A stretch of 64,000 bases of DNA from Candidatus Woesearchaeota archaeon (GTDB lineage Archaea; Nanobdellota; Nanobdellia; SCGC-AAA011-G17; GW2011-AR18): the NCBI GenBank assembly GCA_018302545.1, contig JAGVZM010000003.1, forward strand, positions 111,680 through 175,679, given 5' to 3'. The notes beneath the pieces were generated by a model that saw only the letters and a program-made list of their open reading frames with translations, was not told where the DNA came from and made no database searches. Every line of letters starts with the position of its first letter. The stretch's first letter is position 1. Below are positions 45,377 to 55,654 of the stretch, piece by piece. Made by a program: the position numbers and the translations under genes.

Positions 45377-46888
45377 ATGGTTTTAGGCTTTTCAAAAAAA
45401 GAGAGAATAGAATCACAGTTAGGAGCTATAACCTATATTCTCTCTCAACTTAATGAAATATTTGGAGATTTAGTAGAACTTAATCAAATAATTACAAATT
45501 TAAACATCAATCAAAAAGATCCATTTGATGTTTTAAAATCTGAAAGACAATTAGAAGCATTAAAAAAAAGAATAAAACTTATATTTGAAACAATAAGAAA
45601 ACTAAAGTGGGATTTATTCTCTAAAGAAAATTTAGTTAATAATGGATTTAATATAAATGAAGATTTTTCTGACCAAAATGTACGTAATAATGAATTATAT
45701 AATAATGAGCGTGGTTTTTTAAAAGCAATAAGAGATGTTGAAGAAAACGAAGTAAAAGCAGTAGATGTATTAATAGAGTCAACAAAGTTATTAAAAAAAG
45801 GAAGATTATCTAAACAAGTAATATTAGATACAATAAGGTCTTATAAGGAAGTAATAGCAGGTTTAGAAGTTGTTATTGGAAAAACAATTGATGATATTAA
45901 AGAAGCAACATCTGGACAAAATCATTTTTTATCAGGTATAAGATATTCTAAACCTTATCAAAAACCTAGATTCTTAAAAATAAAAAGATTAGCTGCAGTT
46001 GCAGCACTAGCAGGAGCAATAGTAACAGCTTCAAATGTAGTCCAAAGACATGCAATAGGAGCACCAGCAGCAACTGAAACAAGAGAACAAGCAAAAAATT
46101 TTAAAATTGCAGGAAAAAATTATCAATTAAAACAAAGAACTATTTATGTGGCTGCTGATAGAAGGTCTGCACTAACTTTGTTATTAGGACCACAAGGTTC
46201 AGAACAAGCATTAAAAGAATTGGATCAAGGTCTTTACAATAAATTAATGAGAACAGGACATATCTCTATTTTATTTATAGATCCTTCATCAGGAGAGTTA
46301 ATGGTCTCAGAACAATTAGGTCAAACCAAATTTTATCCAATAGAAAGATCAGAAGTAGGTAAAAAAACAGCATTCAAAGATGCAGGAGTTGATCTTTATG
46401 AAGTTAGAGGGCTTAATTTTGCAGCAGTAGCAGCCACAGCAAAGTTCAGAGGAAAAAATCCAAAAAAGTTTGGAGTTAATCAAAGTTGTACAACACACGC
46501 AGAAGATATGCTAGATGCTGGAGGATTAAATCTAAGAGCAAGATATATAGCAGTTCCAATGAGAGGAGTAGTTCAAGGAAATAGGGCTGAAGAGAACACA
46601 TTAGCAGTTTATCTAAAAACTTTCGCTCCAGCATTGTCTGATGCATTTATTTTTGTGATAGCAAAATTCAAAGATAAAGATTCAAGTAGAGTAAGTGTCT
46701 CAGAATTTTCAGAATATGCAGTTCCAGGTATTAATGGTTATACTGCATTGCATAATCAATTAGTAGAGTTTTATAACGCCTTTCCTTATTTAGTAGGAAT
46801 GGATGTAGTTATACCACATACTCCATCTGGTTTTGTATTAACTGGCATTGAAACAGGATATCTTAAATACACACCCCCAGAATTATAA
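45377..46888 (+). CDS. Hypothetical single-pass membrane protein with an unknown C-terminal domain
   Basis: An N-terminal ~200 aa helical region, the TM LAAVAALAGAIVTASNVV, and a C-terminal ~280 aa domain containing GHISILFIDP ... SCTTHAEDML. Confidence 0.45.
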   Translation: MVLGFSKKERIESQLGAITYILSQLNEIFGDLVELNQIITNLNINQKDPFDVLKSERQLEALKKRIKLIFETIRKLKWDLFSKENLVNNGFNINEDFSDQNVRNNELYNNERGFLKAIRDVEENEVKAVDVLIESTKLLKKGRLSKQVILDTIRSYKEVIAGLEVVIGKTIDDIKEATSGQNHFLSGIRYSKPYQKPRFLKIKRLAAVAALAGAIVTASNVVQRHAIGAPAATETREQAKNFKIAGKNYQLKQRTIYVAADRRSALTLLLGPQGSEQALKELDQGLYNKLMRTGHISILFIDPSSGELMVSEQLGQTKFYPIERSEVGKKTAFKDAGVDLYEVRGLNFAAVAATAKFRGKNPKKFGVNQSCTTHAEDMLDAGGLNLRARYIAVPMRGVVQGNRAEENTLAVYLKTFAPALSDAFIFVIAKFKDKDSSRVSVSEFSEYAVPGINGYTALHNQLVEFYNAFPYLVGMDVVIPHTPSGFVLTGIETGYLKYTPPEL

Positions 46889-47920
46889 ATTTTGATTAAA
46901 AAAGTCTATAACTCTTCTTTCATACTCTGCACCGTATTTTTGCCAAATATAATTATCATGCTTTCCATTCCTCCTTATCCATAATGTTTTTGGTTCTCCA
47001 GCTCTAGAAAAATTAAATCTTGCTTGTGAAACAGGAACTATTGTATCTTTCTTTCCATGAATCAATAGTATAGGTCTTGGGCTTATTCTATCAATATATG
47101 AAACAGGATTTGCTAATCCATAATCAACACCTGTAATCTCTCTAGCTCTATCAAAAATTGAATCTATAACCTCCTCTCTTATTTCATCAGGAATACCATA
47201 TTTTCTTGCAGTGTGTACTGCAACAGCATTGCTTGAAGAATATGCTGCATCTGCAACAACCGCATCAATCTCTTGATTTTGAGCAGCAGCTATAATAGCA
47301 ACCCCTCCACCTAAAGAAGTTCCCAAAATTCCAATATCATTAATTCCCCTTTTTGTAAATTCTACAACAGCAGCATCAACATCCTTAACTTCTAGAACAC
47401 CATAAGTTACATATCTTCCTTCACTTTCTCCTTGTCCTCTAAAATCAAACATAACAACATTATATCCACTATCATTCAAAAATTTAGCATGCTTTCTCAT
47501 ATGAACTTTGCTTCCACCATTACCATGACATAATATAATTCCCTTGCTATTTTTTCCAGGAACATACCAACCATCTAGTTTTAATCCATCTTTAGTTTTG
47601 AATGTTAAATCTGAATAAGCTAATCCAAAATCATTAGGAGTTCCATTAAAATCTATTTTTTTATGTCCTGGTGTTTTACTAGGAGGATAAATTAAAGTTT
47701 CTGTTCCTCTTTCTATTTTTTCTTCTAAACCAAATCTAACAACCCTTTTTGTAATATTTTTTTTTAATTTGCTTAAAGCAGAATCCTTTTGAGGCCTATC
47801 ACAATTATGGGATTTATCAGCCCATGTAGTATCTGAATTGTTATTGATGTTTGTATCTGACCCTAATCCAAGTGCTAAAGAACTACCTAAAATAAACATC
47901 CCAAGATTATTATATTTCAT
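46883..47920 (-). CDS. Alpha/beta hydrolase (COG1073-like), exported or membrane-anchored
   Basis: HGNGGSK, the nucleophile elbow GTSLGG, and late HGKKD and H motifs. A hydrophobic N-terminus. Confidence 0.7.
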   Translation of the reverse strand: MKYNNLGMFILGSSLALGLGSDTNINNNSDTTWADKSHNCDRPQKDSALSKLKKNITKRVVRFGLEEKIERGTETLIYPPSKTPGHKKIDFNGTPNDFGLAYSDLTFKTKDGLKLDGWYVPGKNSKGIILCHGNGGSKVHMRKHAKFLNDSGYNVVMFDFRGQGESEGRYVTYGVLEVKDVDAAVVEFTKRGINDIGILGTSLGGGVAIIAAAQNQEIDAVVADAAYSSSNAVAVHTARKYGIPDEIREEVIDSIFDRAREITGVDYGLANPVSYIDRISPRPILLIHGKKDTIVPVSQARFNFSRAGEPKTLWIRRNGKHDNYIWQKYGAEYERRVIDFFNQNL

Positions 47921-48058
47921 ATTTACGAAAATTAAATGAATTTATATATAAACCTTATCATTTTTACTACTATTACGAAATAACAAAAACCAAAAACACC
48001 AAAAGATTTATATAAGAGTCATAACTGTACAATAGCAACACTTTGGGAGGGTGACTTT

Positions 48059-49441
48059 ATGAAAAAACAAATAAGTACTGTATTTTTAACCCTATTATTC
48101 TTATTAGTATTATCTTCTGTTGCATATGCACAGAATATTACTGTTAAATTCAATAACGTTGAAGTAACACAAACATTAAATGTGAATTTACAATCAGGAG
48201 AAGATAGTAATGTTTTAACATTAACATTAACAAATCCTGGAAATAGAACTTTAACTAATATAGCTGCTTCAACGACATTTACAGATTTAAATGATAATGA
48301 TGGTGATACTTTAATAATAACAAACCCACAACCAATAGCTAGTTTAGCTCCATCAGCTACACAGAGCATATCTTTTAATTTTGATGTAGAATCAGGTTAT
48401 GATAAATTAACAAAAAACGGACAATTAAATATACAATTCACTGAAGGTTCTAATACTACAACAAAAACCTTAAACTTAAACCTAAATGTAGCACCTTTAG
48501 CATGCCAACCAAATGCTAGAAGTAATGATCTTGGATTAGATATAGAAAATCCAGATGATGGTGATGAATTTGAACCTGGTCAAACTATTAGTTTAGACTT
48601 AGAAATAGAAAATAATGGTGAAGATGACATAGATGCTAGAGTAGAAGCATTATTATACAATGCTCGAAAAGACAAAAGAGTAGATAGAGAAACAAAATCA
48701 AAAAACATTAATGAAGATGATAAAGAAAAACTTGAAATTGATTTACAAATAGATGAAGATGAAGACGATGATCTAGAAATCTATGTAAAAGTATTTGATG
48801 ATGATGATGCAACAGAGTTGACTTGTACTATAGAAACTTTAGATATAGAATTAGATGTCCCAGAACATAAAATAAAGATAAATAATCCAACATTAAGCCC
48901 ATTATCAGCTGCTTGCGGTGAAAGAGTATCTGGAAGTGCTTTACTTGTAAACGTTGGAAGAAATGAAGAGGATGCTATATTTGAAGCAACTAGTACTAAT
49001 TTAGGAATCTCAGTTCCAAGACAAACATTCCAATTAGAAGATACTGGTAGAGACAGAGAAGCAGTAGTAAGTTTCTCATTTGTTGTTCCAGATAATGCTC
49101 AATCAGGAGATTATCCTATTTACTTTAGAGTAAGATACGATTCTGGAAGTACAGAAATACCAGTGACTCTAAATGTAAGAGAGTGTAGAACAAAACAACC
49201 TACTACACCAACACAACCACCAAGTGGACCTACTCAGCCTACAAATGGTGGTCAAATTAATCAACCAGTAACTCAACCTGGTCCAGTAACAGGCGGAGCA
49301 GTATTTACTCAACAGGATATATTTGACAAGTTTAATGCTCCAGGAACTAAAGTACCAACTACCTTTTGGATAGTTTTAGATGTATTACTTGGAATATTAG
49401 TTATCGGAGTTTTAGTTTACCTATTCAGTAGAAATAGGTAA
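48059..49441 (+). CDS. Cell-surface protein (CARDB/S-layer-like repeats, acidic insert, Pro/Thr linker, C-terminal TM anchor)
   Basis: Signal peptide ...SSVAYA. The linker is TKQPTTPTQPPSGPTQPTNGGQINQPVTQPGPVTGG. The C-terminal TM is TTFWIVLDVLLGILVIGVLVYLF followed by SRNR. A strong GGGAGGGTGA SD precedes it. Confidence 0.65.
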   Translation: MKKQISTVFLTLLFLLVLSSVAYAQNITVKFNNVEVTQTLNVNLQSGEDSNVLTLTLTNPGNRTLTNIAASTTFTDLNDNDGDTLIITNPQPIASLAPSATQSISFNFDVESGYDKLTKNGQLNIQFTEGSNTTTKTLNLNLNVAPLACQPNARSNDLGLDIENPDDGDEFEPGQTISLDLEIENNGEDDIDARVEALLYNARKDKRVDRETKSKNINEDDKEKLEIDLQIDEDEDDDLEIYVKVFDDDDATELTCTIETLDIELDVPEHKIKINNPTLSPLSAACGERVSGSALLVNVGRNEEDAIFEATSTNLGISVPRQTFQLEDTGRDREAVVSFSFVVPDNAQSGDYPIYFRVRYDSGSTEIPVTLNVRECRTKQPTTPTQPPSGPTQPTNGGQINQPVTQPGPVTGGAVFTQQDIFDKFNAPGTKVPTTFWIVLDVLLGILVIGVLVYLFSRNR

Positions 49442-49504
49442 ATCTCTTTTCTTTTTATAATTCTATAGTTCACAGGAACACTCTAATAATTTAGTTTGAT
49501 TAGT

Positions 49505-50200
49505 TCACATTAAATTAAAAGTATTCAAATAGGTTAATAATATACTATAAATTAAAACTCCAATAATAAAAAAATAAGGGTTTCCTTGATTTTCTTTAGG
49601 TAAAACTTCTCTTCCAATTATATAAATTAAAACTCCCCCAACAAAACTTAACAGGATCCCAAACAAAAAACTATTCAATATAAAAAATTTAGCTATAAAA
49701 GCTCCAATAATAAACCCTAAACTCAAAATAATCCTTTCTACAACCCTATTTCTCTTTTTCCTCTCATGCAAAACTTCAAAAACTGCACTACTAGTAAGAT
49801 TAAGAAAAGCTAAAGAAAAGAAAAACACAAAACCATTAAGAAAATTAATTTCAAAAAAAGAAACAAGTAAAACACCTATAACTAAATGATAAATAAAGAA
49901 AATAATTAAATGCAAAATTTCAAGGCTTTCTATTAATTCATGTTTGAGGTATCTATACATAAACTTCTCAGCTAGATAAAAAATAGAGAAACCAATTAGA
50001 ACACCTAAAAATATAGTTTCACCAAATACAGAAGCCCTATTATAAATTTCTGGAAATACTTGCAGGAATAGATATGAAACTAAAACCCCTACAGCTAAAG
50101 AAACAGTCCAATCCTTATGTTCTTTAAATTTATTTACAAAAATATGGCTAAAAAAACTTACTCCTCCAAGTAAAACACTAAAAATTAACCAATAACTCAT
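49505..50200 (-). CDS. Polytopic membrane protein (weak ZIP-transporter-like features)
   Basis: About 7 TM helices with His-containing helices (LHLIIFFIYHLVIG). The assignment is weak. Confidence 0.3.
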   Translation of the reverse strand: MSYWLIFSVLLGGVSFFSHIFVNKFKEHKDWTVSLAVGVLVSYLFLQVFPEIYNRASVFGETIFLGVLIGFSIFYLAEKFMYRYLKHELIESLEILHLIIFFIYHLVIGVLLVSFFEINFLNGFVFFFSLAFLNLTSSAVFEVLHERKKRNRVVERIILSLGFIIGAFIAKFFILNSFLFGILLSFVGGVLIYIIGREVLPKENQGNPYFFIIGVLIYSILLTYLNTFNLM

Positions 50201-50260
50201 AGAGAGTTTAGCTTTTATATCAATAAAAATCTTTTTATTTACTAGACCATACTGAATGTT

Positions 50261-50557
50261 ATGAATTTTAATGAAAAAGTCTATGAATTATGTAAAAAAA
50301 TTCCAGAAGGAAGAGTCTCAACATATAAAATTATTGCTGAGGCTCTAGGCACTAAGGCATATCGTGCTGTTGGACAAGCTTTAAACAAGAATCCTTATGC
50401 TCCAATCATACCCTGCCATAGGATAGTAGACCATAAAGGAGAACTACATGGTTTTGCAACAGGATTAAAAAATAAGAGGGCACTATTAAAAAAAGAAGGA
50501 ATTAAAATAAAAAATAATAGGGTTCTAAATTTCGAAAAAGTCTTATATAGATTATAA
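50261..50557 (+). CDS. ogt: Methylated-DNA--protein-cysteine methyltransferase, C-terminal domain only
   Basis: IPEGRVSTYKIIA ... NPYAPIIPCHRIV is the PCHR active site. 98 aa. Confidence 0.8.
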   Translation: MNFNEKVYELCKKIPEGRVSTYKIIAEALGTKAYRAVGQALNKNPYAPIIPCHRIVDHKGELHGFATGLKNKRALLKKEGIKIKNNRVLNFEKVLYRL

Positions 50558-50594
50558 CAACAAGGTTTATAAAAACTAACTCCTAAATATAATT

Positions 50595-51200
50595 ATGTTA
50601 AGAAAAATAGCAATAGCAGTATCACTAATAATAATATTTGGTATGTCTGGATACATAAATATAAATGATTTACCTCTAAATCTAGATAGTTCTACAATTA
50701 CTGGAAAATCAATAAATCAAAATTCAGAGCCTAATTCAGAAACAAATTCACAACCAACTCCTTCTAAATCCACTAATATTCCAAAAACAAACCCATCATC
50801 TAAAAATTCAGTTCCTAAAACTGCACCAAAACCAGAAATTAAAATCTCTTTAGAAGATCTACAAAAGACAATAGCCTCAACTCCAGCTTTCAAAGATTTT
50901 CCAGAAAAAGGCTTAGCAGGAATAACGTTTTTTGATGGTAATGGAAAAGATATGCCAGATCAGAAATTCTTAATTAAAGGAGGCGGAAAAGTAGAAAAAG
51001 GTGATAACTCAGATGCAGATTTTATAATAAGTACAGGAAATTATTGGATTCCAAAAGTTAAAGCAAGTAATGACTTCTGTGAAATATTAAAAGAGATAAA
51101 AGAAAAACAAGATTATAGGTTTAAAAGAAATATAGGAGTATTACAAGCAGGCATAAAATATAAATCTCTAATAAAATATAAAGATTGTCTTGGATTATAA
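50595..51200 (+). CDS. Secreted or anchored hypothetical protein
   Basis: An N-terminal TM or signal, a Ser/Pro/Asn-rich linker, and a globular C-terminus. Confidence 0.4.
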   Translation: MLRKIAIAVSLIIIFGMSGYININDLPLNLDSSTITGKSINQNSEPNSETNSQPTPSKSTNIPKTNPSSKNSVPKTAPKPEIKISLEDLQKTIASTPAFKDFPEKGLAGITFFDGNGKDMPDQKFLIKGGGKVEKGDNSDADFIISTGNYWIPKVKASNDFCEILKEIKEKQDYRFKRNIGVLQAGIKYKSLIKYKDCLGL

Positions 51201-51453
51201 TATTATAGAATAATTATTATTATAAAGAAAATACAAATCAAGAAGTAGGTCTAAATTATAATCTAAGGAAGTTTTAATTTGGGAAGAGACTGCTTTGAAA
51301 CATAGAGTAATTCCAAAACCAGAATTTGGAAGATATTATGTATTAACTAATCCTAAATCTGGTAAATTTGAAAAAAGAGAATCTCCTGATTTTGATTTAT
51401 CAGAAACTGCTCAAATTCAATAGCTTTAAAAATCAAATATTCTAACTGAATTT

Positions 51454-53097
51454 ATGAATAAGTTTGCAAAAGAGATAGAAGCATATGTACTAAAGAGTTA
51501 TTTAGAATTTGGGGACGCTCATTCTGGAAAAATATTAGCTAAACTTTTTCAGCATGGTTTAGATAAAAAAAATATTAAAGATATAATGCCGGAAATAGAA
51601 AAGAAAATAAAAGAAATTTCAAAATTATCAAAAAAAGAACAAGAACAGCAATTTGAAATACTAAAAGATTTAGTAAAAGAACAAGAAGAAAAAGAAAAAA
51701 CTTTACCAGAAATAGATGTATCAAGCCTAAAAAAAGTAGTTACAAGATTAGCCCCTGAACCTTCTAAATATAATCATTTAGGACATGCAATGTCTTTCTT
51801 ATTAAATTATATATATACTAAAAAATACAAAGGAAAATGTTTGCTAAGATTTGAAGATACAAATCCAGAGAAAGTGTCTCAAGAATATGTAGATGCAATG
51901 TTACAAGATGTAATTAATTATTTAGATATTAAAGTTGATTCTATAAAATATGTTTCAGATGATATGTCATTATTTTACAATTATGCAGAAGAATTAATAA
52001 AAAAAGACAAGGCTTACATATGTTTTTGTAATAGAGATAAAGTTCAAGAATTAAGACACAAAGGAAAAGAATGCGAATGTAGAAATAAAGATATAAAAAA
52101 TAATTTAGAAGAATGGAAAAAACTTTTAGATGGAGAATACAAAGAAGGAACAGCCACATTAAGAATCAAGGGAGATATGAAGAATAAGAATCATGTGATG
52201 AGAGACTCAGTTATATTTAGGATAATTAATAAGAAACATTACAGGCATGGAACAAAATATAAAGTATGGCCTATGTATGATTTTTATAATGCAATAGAAG
52301 ATTCTATAATGGGTGTTACTTTAATATTAAGAAGCAACGAATTTGACTTAAGATCAGAATTACAAGATCACATTAAAGATCTTTTAGGTTTAGAAAAACA
52401 ATTGATTGTACAATATGGAAGATTTAATGTTCTGGATTTTACAACAAAAGGCAGAGAAATTAGAGATTTAGTAGAGTCTAAAACTCTTATTGGGTGGGAT
52501 GATCCCAGATTAATAACTTTAAGAGCATTAAAAAGAAGGGGGATTACAAAAGAAACAATCTATGAATTAATAAATCAGATAGGTCTTGTTAAGCACCCAG
52601 TTAATTTGGATTTTAACATGATAGCCTCTATTAATAGAAAGATAATAGATCCAAAAGTAGATCGTTATTCATTCATTCAAGACCAAATAGAATTAGAAAT
52701 TAAAAATCAACCAAAAATAAAGGAAATAAATTATCCGATACATCCAGATAAAAAAGAAACAAGAAAAGTAAAAGTAGAAAATCTGTTCATATCATCTGAA
52801 GATTTCAAAAATCTAAAAGGAAAAGAAATAAGGTTATTACACTTATTTAATATAAACTTGGATAAAAAATCAGAATTTACCTCTTTAGAAATAAAAAACA
52901 TTCCAAAAATAAACTGGGTTTCAAAAGGATTAAAAACTAAGATTTTAATGCCAGATGGAAAATGGGTTGAAGGAATTTCAGAAGAGTCAATAAAAAATTT
53001 AAAAATTGATGATTTGATACAGTTTGAGAGATTTGGTTTTGTAAGATTAGATAGAATAAATAAATCTGTCTATGAATTCTGGTTTACTCACAAGTAA
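51454..53097 (+). CDS. gltX: Glutamate--tRNA ligase (archaeal type)
   Basis: The RLAPEPSKYNHLGHAMSF (HIGH-type) and LLRFEDTNPEK motifs. The N-terminal helical extension is typical of archaeal GluRS. Confidence 0.85.
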   Translation: MNKFAKEIEAYVLKSYLEFGDAHSGKILAKLFQHGLDKKNIKDIMPEIEKKIKEISKLSKKEQEQQFEILKDLVKEQEEKEKTLPEIDVSSLKKVVTRLAPEPSKYNHLGHAMSFLLNYIYTKKYKGKCLLRFEDTNPEKVSQEYVDAMLQDVINYLDIKVDSIKYVSDDMSLFYNYAEELIKKDKAYICFCNRDKVQELRHKGKECECRNKDIKNNLEEWKKLLDGEYKEGTATLRIKGDMKNKNHVMRDSVIFRIINKKHYRHGTKYKVWPMYDFYNAIEDSIMGVTLILRSNEFDLRSELQDHIKDLLGLEKQLIVQYGRFNVLDFTTKGREIRDLVESKTLIGWDDPRLITLRALKRRGITKETIYELINQIGLVKHPVNLDFNMIASINRKIIDPKVDRYSFIQDQIELEIKNQPKIKEINYPIHPDKKETRKVKVENLFISSEDFKNLKGKEIRLLHLFNINLDKKSEFTSLEIKNIPKINWVSKGLKTKILMPDGKWVEGISEESIKNLKIDDLIQFERFGFVRLDRINKSVYEFWFTHK

Positions 53098-53143
53098 TTT
53101 CATTATTGAAAAAACTTAAATACTATTATTTATCTATTAATCT

Positions 53144-53659
53144 ATGCAAAAAAAGTGGTTTTTATTAGTTTTAGTTATTTTAATTCTAAGTGCTTGTATA
53201 AATATCAATGTCGAAAATCCTCAAAATAAAGAAGATCCAGAAAAGGAGAATTTAGATGTTCCAAAAAAAATAAATAAAGATTTACAAGTTCCAAAAGAAT
53301 TTGTAGGATTTTGGCGTGTTTTTTCTGAAAGAATATTTTATGATATTGGAGGAGCTGGAGCATTAGGAATTCCTGTAACTAGAAATCTGGAAATTAAAGA
53401 AGATGGAACATGGCAATTCGGAACATCAACTGGAACATGGGAAATTGCAAATATTACAGATGAAGATTGGAAAAAATGGGGCATTGACTCTTATGGTCCT
53501 ACAAGAAAAATTACCTTTAATAATTGGAATAATGCGGTATCTAATGGACCAATAGAAGAGACTAATGGAAGAATTGATTTTATATGGTCTATTTATCATG
53601 TTGAGCCTCCTTTAGTACAAAATCCAGGCACAGTATGGATAAAATTTGGTCAAGCTTAA
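53144..53659 (+). CDS. Lipoprotein with a W-rich domain paralogous to the N-terminal domain of the next gene
   Basis: Lipobox-like LILSAC. FVGFWRVFS...IKEDGTWQFGTSTGTWEI..DEDWKKWGIDSYGPTRKITFNNWN...GPIEE...FIWSI...WIKFG. Confidence 0.55.
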   Translation: MQKKWFLLVLVILILSACININVENPQNKEDPEKENLDVPKKINKDLQVPKEFVGFWRVFSERIFYDIGGAGALGIPVTRNLEIKEDGTWQFGTSTGTWEIANITDEDWKKWGIDSYGPTRKITFNNWNNAVSNGPIEETNGRIDFIWSIYHVEPPLVQNPGTVWIKFGQA

Positions 53660-53660
53660 A

Positions 53661-55580
53661 ATGAAAAAATTTGTTATTTTCTCTACATTGCTTATTTTTA
53701 TATTATTAATAATAACAGTTAACGCAATTGAAAGTGATAACAGTTACAAATCTCCTCAATCAGATAATGATTATGATTCACCAAAATCAGACAATAACTA
53801 CAAATTACCAGAATCAGATAAAAATTATAGTTCACCAACTATAGGTTCAGGTTATGTAAGGCCAAACACATACAATGTTTCTTCAAACAATACAATAAAC
53901 GAAAATGAGACAATAAAAAAGTTTGAGGAAAATAATACTCAAAAAATTAACAAAACTAAAGAAAATAATGAAACTATAAATCAAACTTTAGAATTTAATA
54001 AAGAAGATAAAATTTGGATAGATAAAAAATTTGTTGGAGATTGGAGAGTTTATTCTCAAAGTATATATACTAAAGATGGAGATTTTAGATACCCTCCAAC
54101 GCCAAATACTCTTTTAACAATTAAAGAAGATGGAACTTGGAATTTTGAAGGTTTACAAGGTACATGGGAAATAGATCTCATAAAAGATGAAGATTGGAAA
54201 GAATGGGATATTAAAAATTACGGCCCATTAAGAAAGATAGTCTTCAAAAATTGGAATAAAACAATTGTAAAAGGCCCTATAGAAGAGGATGCCGCGATAA
54301 TTAAATTTATTTGGTCTATTGAAATTTACCAAGATGGAGGTTCTCGTTGGCTTAAATTTGGTCCGAGTGGAAAACAAAAGTTATATGTAGAAACAAAAGG
54401 AAAAGGAAAAGTTTTATCTGGAGATAAGAAAATAGATTGTGGAAAAGAATGCACAGCAGAATATGATTATCATTACACAGTACAATTAAGAGCATTTCCA
54501 GAAGAGGGCTATAAATTAAAGTGGTATGGTGAATGTATAACTTCAGGAGATAATTATTGTAAGTTTAACATAAAAAATCCAACTACAGTAATAGCCCATT
54601 TCGTGCCAATTTGTGAAGATAATTCCCAATGCCCTTTAGATCAAGTATGTGAAAATTCTATTTGTGAAAAAATAGAATGTAGTTGCGGTTATGTAAATAA
54701 TCACCAATGCCAAGAATATGCATGTTGTTCAGATGAAGATTGTGGCGAAGGAAATAATTGTAACTTAGAAATACATCAATGTATCCAAAAATCAACATGC
54801 CAGCCAGTTTTAATAAACGGTGATTCAGATGATAAACATGACTTAGTTTTTGTTGGTGCTGGATTTAGGGATCCTAAAATTCTTGAACAAGGAATAAGAT
54901 TACTAATGGATTTCAATAGTGAATCACAAAACAAATTAGGAGTTTTTAGTTTAACTCCCTTTAAAGAGAATAGGCATAAATTCAATTCTTGGTTGATTTT
55001 AGCTCCAGATTATCCTCATTATGAAGAAGAATCTCCTGTAAAAGGAATAGGGGTTGATACATTAGCTGTTCCAGATAGATACTATTATGAAACCTTAGTA
55101 CAAAGCTGTGAAAGAGATACCGTAATTATCTTATCTCCCGCAATATTTAGGCCATGGGCAAATTTTCCAACTACAGGTATTAGTGGTGGAAAAATTTACA
55201 TGTCATTAAATAATCCTATTAAAGAGCCTCATTTTCTTGGGCGTATTTTAGCTCATGAATTTGGACATGCAATAGGGGGATTAGCAGATGAATATATTGA
55301 ATATGGTAAAGAGAATTTTGCTCAAAAATATGATTTCCCTAACTGCGCTTCAGATTTAGAAACAGCAAAAGAGAAATGGAATGATTTAGAAGGAATTAGA
55401 GGAGTTCATTATATTACAGGTATTAAAGATGTTCCAGGTACAACATATTTCAAAAATTCAAAACCAACATTTTCACAATTAGGTTACTTCCCTGATGGAA
55501 GCGACTTTGGAGATGGGGGATGTGCTTATGTTCATGAAAATATAAGGCCTACAATAAGTTCAATTATGAAAGAAGATTAA
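53661..55580 (+). CDS. Secreted multidomain protein: W-rich domain, divergent InlB-B-repeat-like module, Cys-rich module and an M64-like zinc metallopeptidase domain
   Basis: I set the start at the ATG (MKKFVIFSTL); the track start at 53646 is TTG. HEFGHAIGGLADEY matches the HExxHxxGxLxDEY signature of peptidase family M64. The Cys-rich segment is CEDNSQCPLDQVCENSICEKIEC... Confidence 0.6.
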   Translation: MKKFVIFSTLLIFILLIITVNAIESDNSYKSPQSDNDYDSPKSDNNYKLPESDKNYSSPTIGSGYVRPNTYNVSSNNTINENETIKKFEENNTQKINKTKENNETINQTLEFNKEDKIWIDKKFVGDWRVYSQSIYTKDGDFRYPPTPNTLLTIKEDGTWNFEGLQGTWEIDLIKDEDWKEWDIKNYGPLRKIVFKNWNKTIVKGPIEEDAAIIKFIWSIEIYQDGGSRWLKFGPSGKQKLYVETKGKGKVLSGDKKIDCGKECTAEYDYHYTVQLRAFPEEGYKLKWYGECITSGDNYCKFNIKNPTTVIAHFVPICEDNSQCPLDQVCENSICEKIECSCGYVNNHQCQEYACCSDEDCGEGNNCNLEIHQCIQKSTCQPVLINGDSDDKHDLVFVGAGFRDPKILEQGIRLLMDFNSESQNKLGVFSLTPFKENRHKFNSWLILAPDYPHYEEESPVKGIGVDTLAVPDRYYYETLVQSCERDTVIILSPAIFRPWANFPTTGISGGKIYMSLNNPIKEPHFLGRILAHEFGHAIGGLADEYIEYGKENFAQKYDFPNCASDLETAKEKWNDLEGIRGVHYITGIKDVPGTTYFKNSKPTFSQLGYFPDGSDFGDGGCAYVHENIRPTISSIMKED

Positions 55581-55654
55581 CTTGAAAATGATTTTGGACC
55601 TATAAATGAAAGAGTAATAGATGAAAAATTAAGCATATATTCAGAGGAATAAAA

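Noticed and set aside
51262-51423. An open frame encoding ...LKHRVIPKPEFGRYYVLTNPKSGKFEKRESPDFDLSETAQIQ upstream of gltX.
   Set aside because: It has no ATG and only a possible internal TTG start. It is short, has no SD and matches no motif I recognise. It could be a small protein or a remnant, but it is not supportable from sequence alone.
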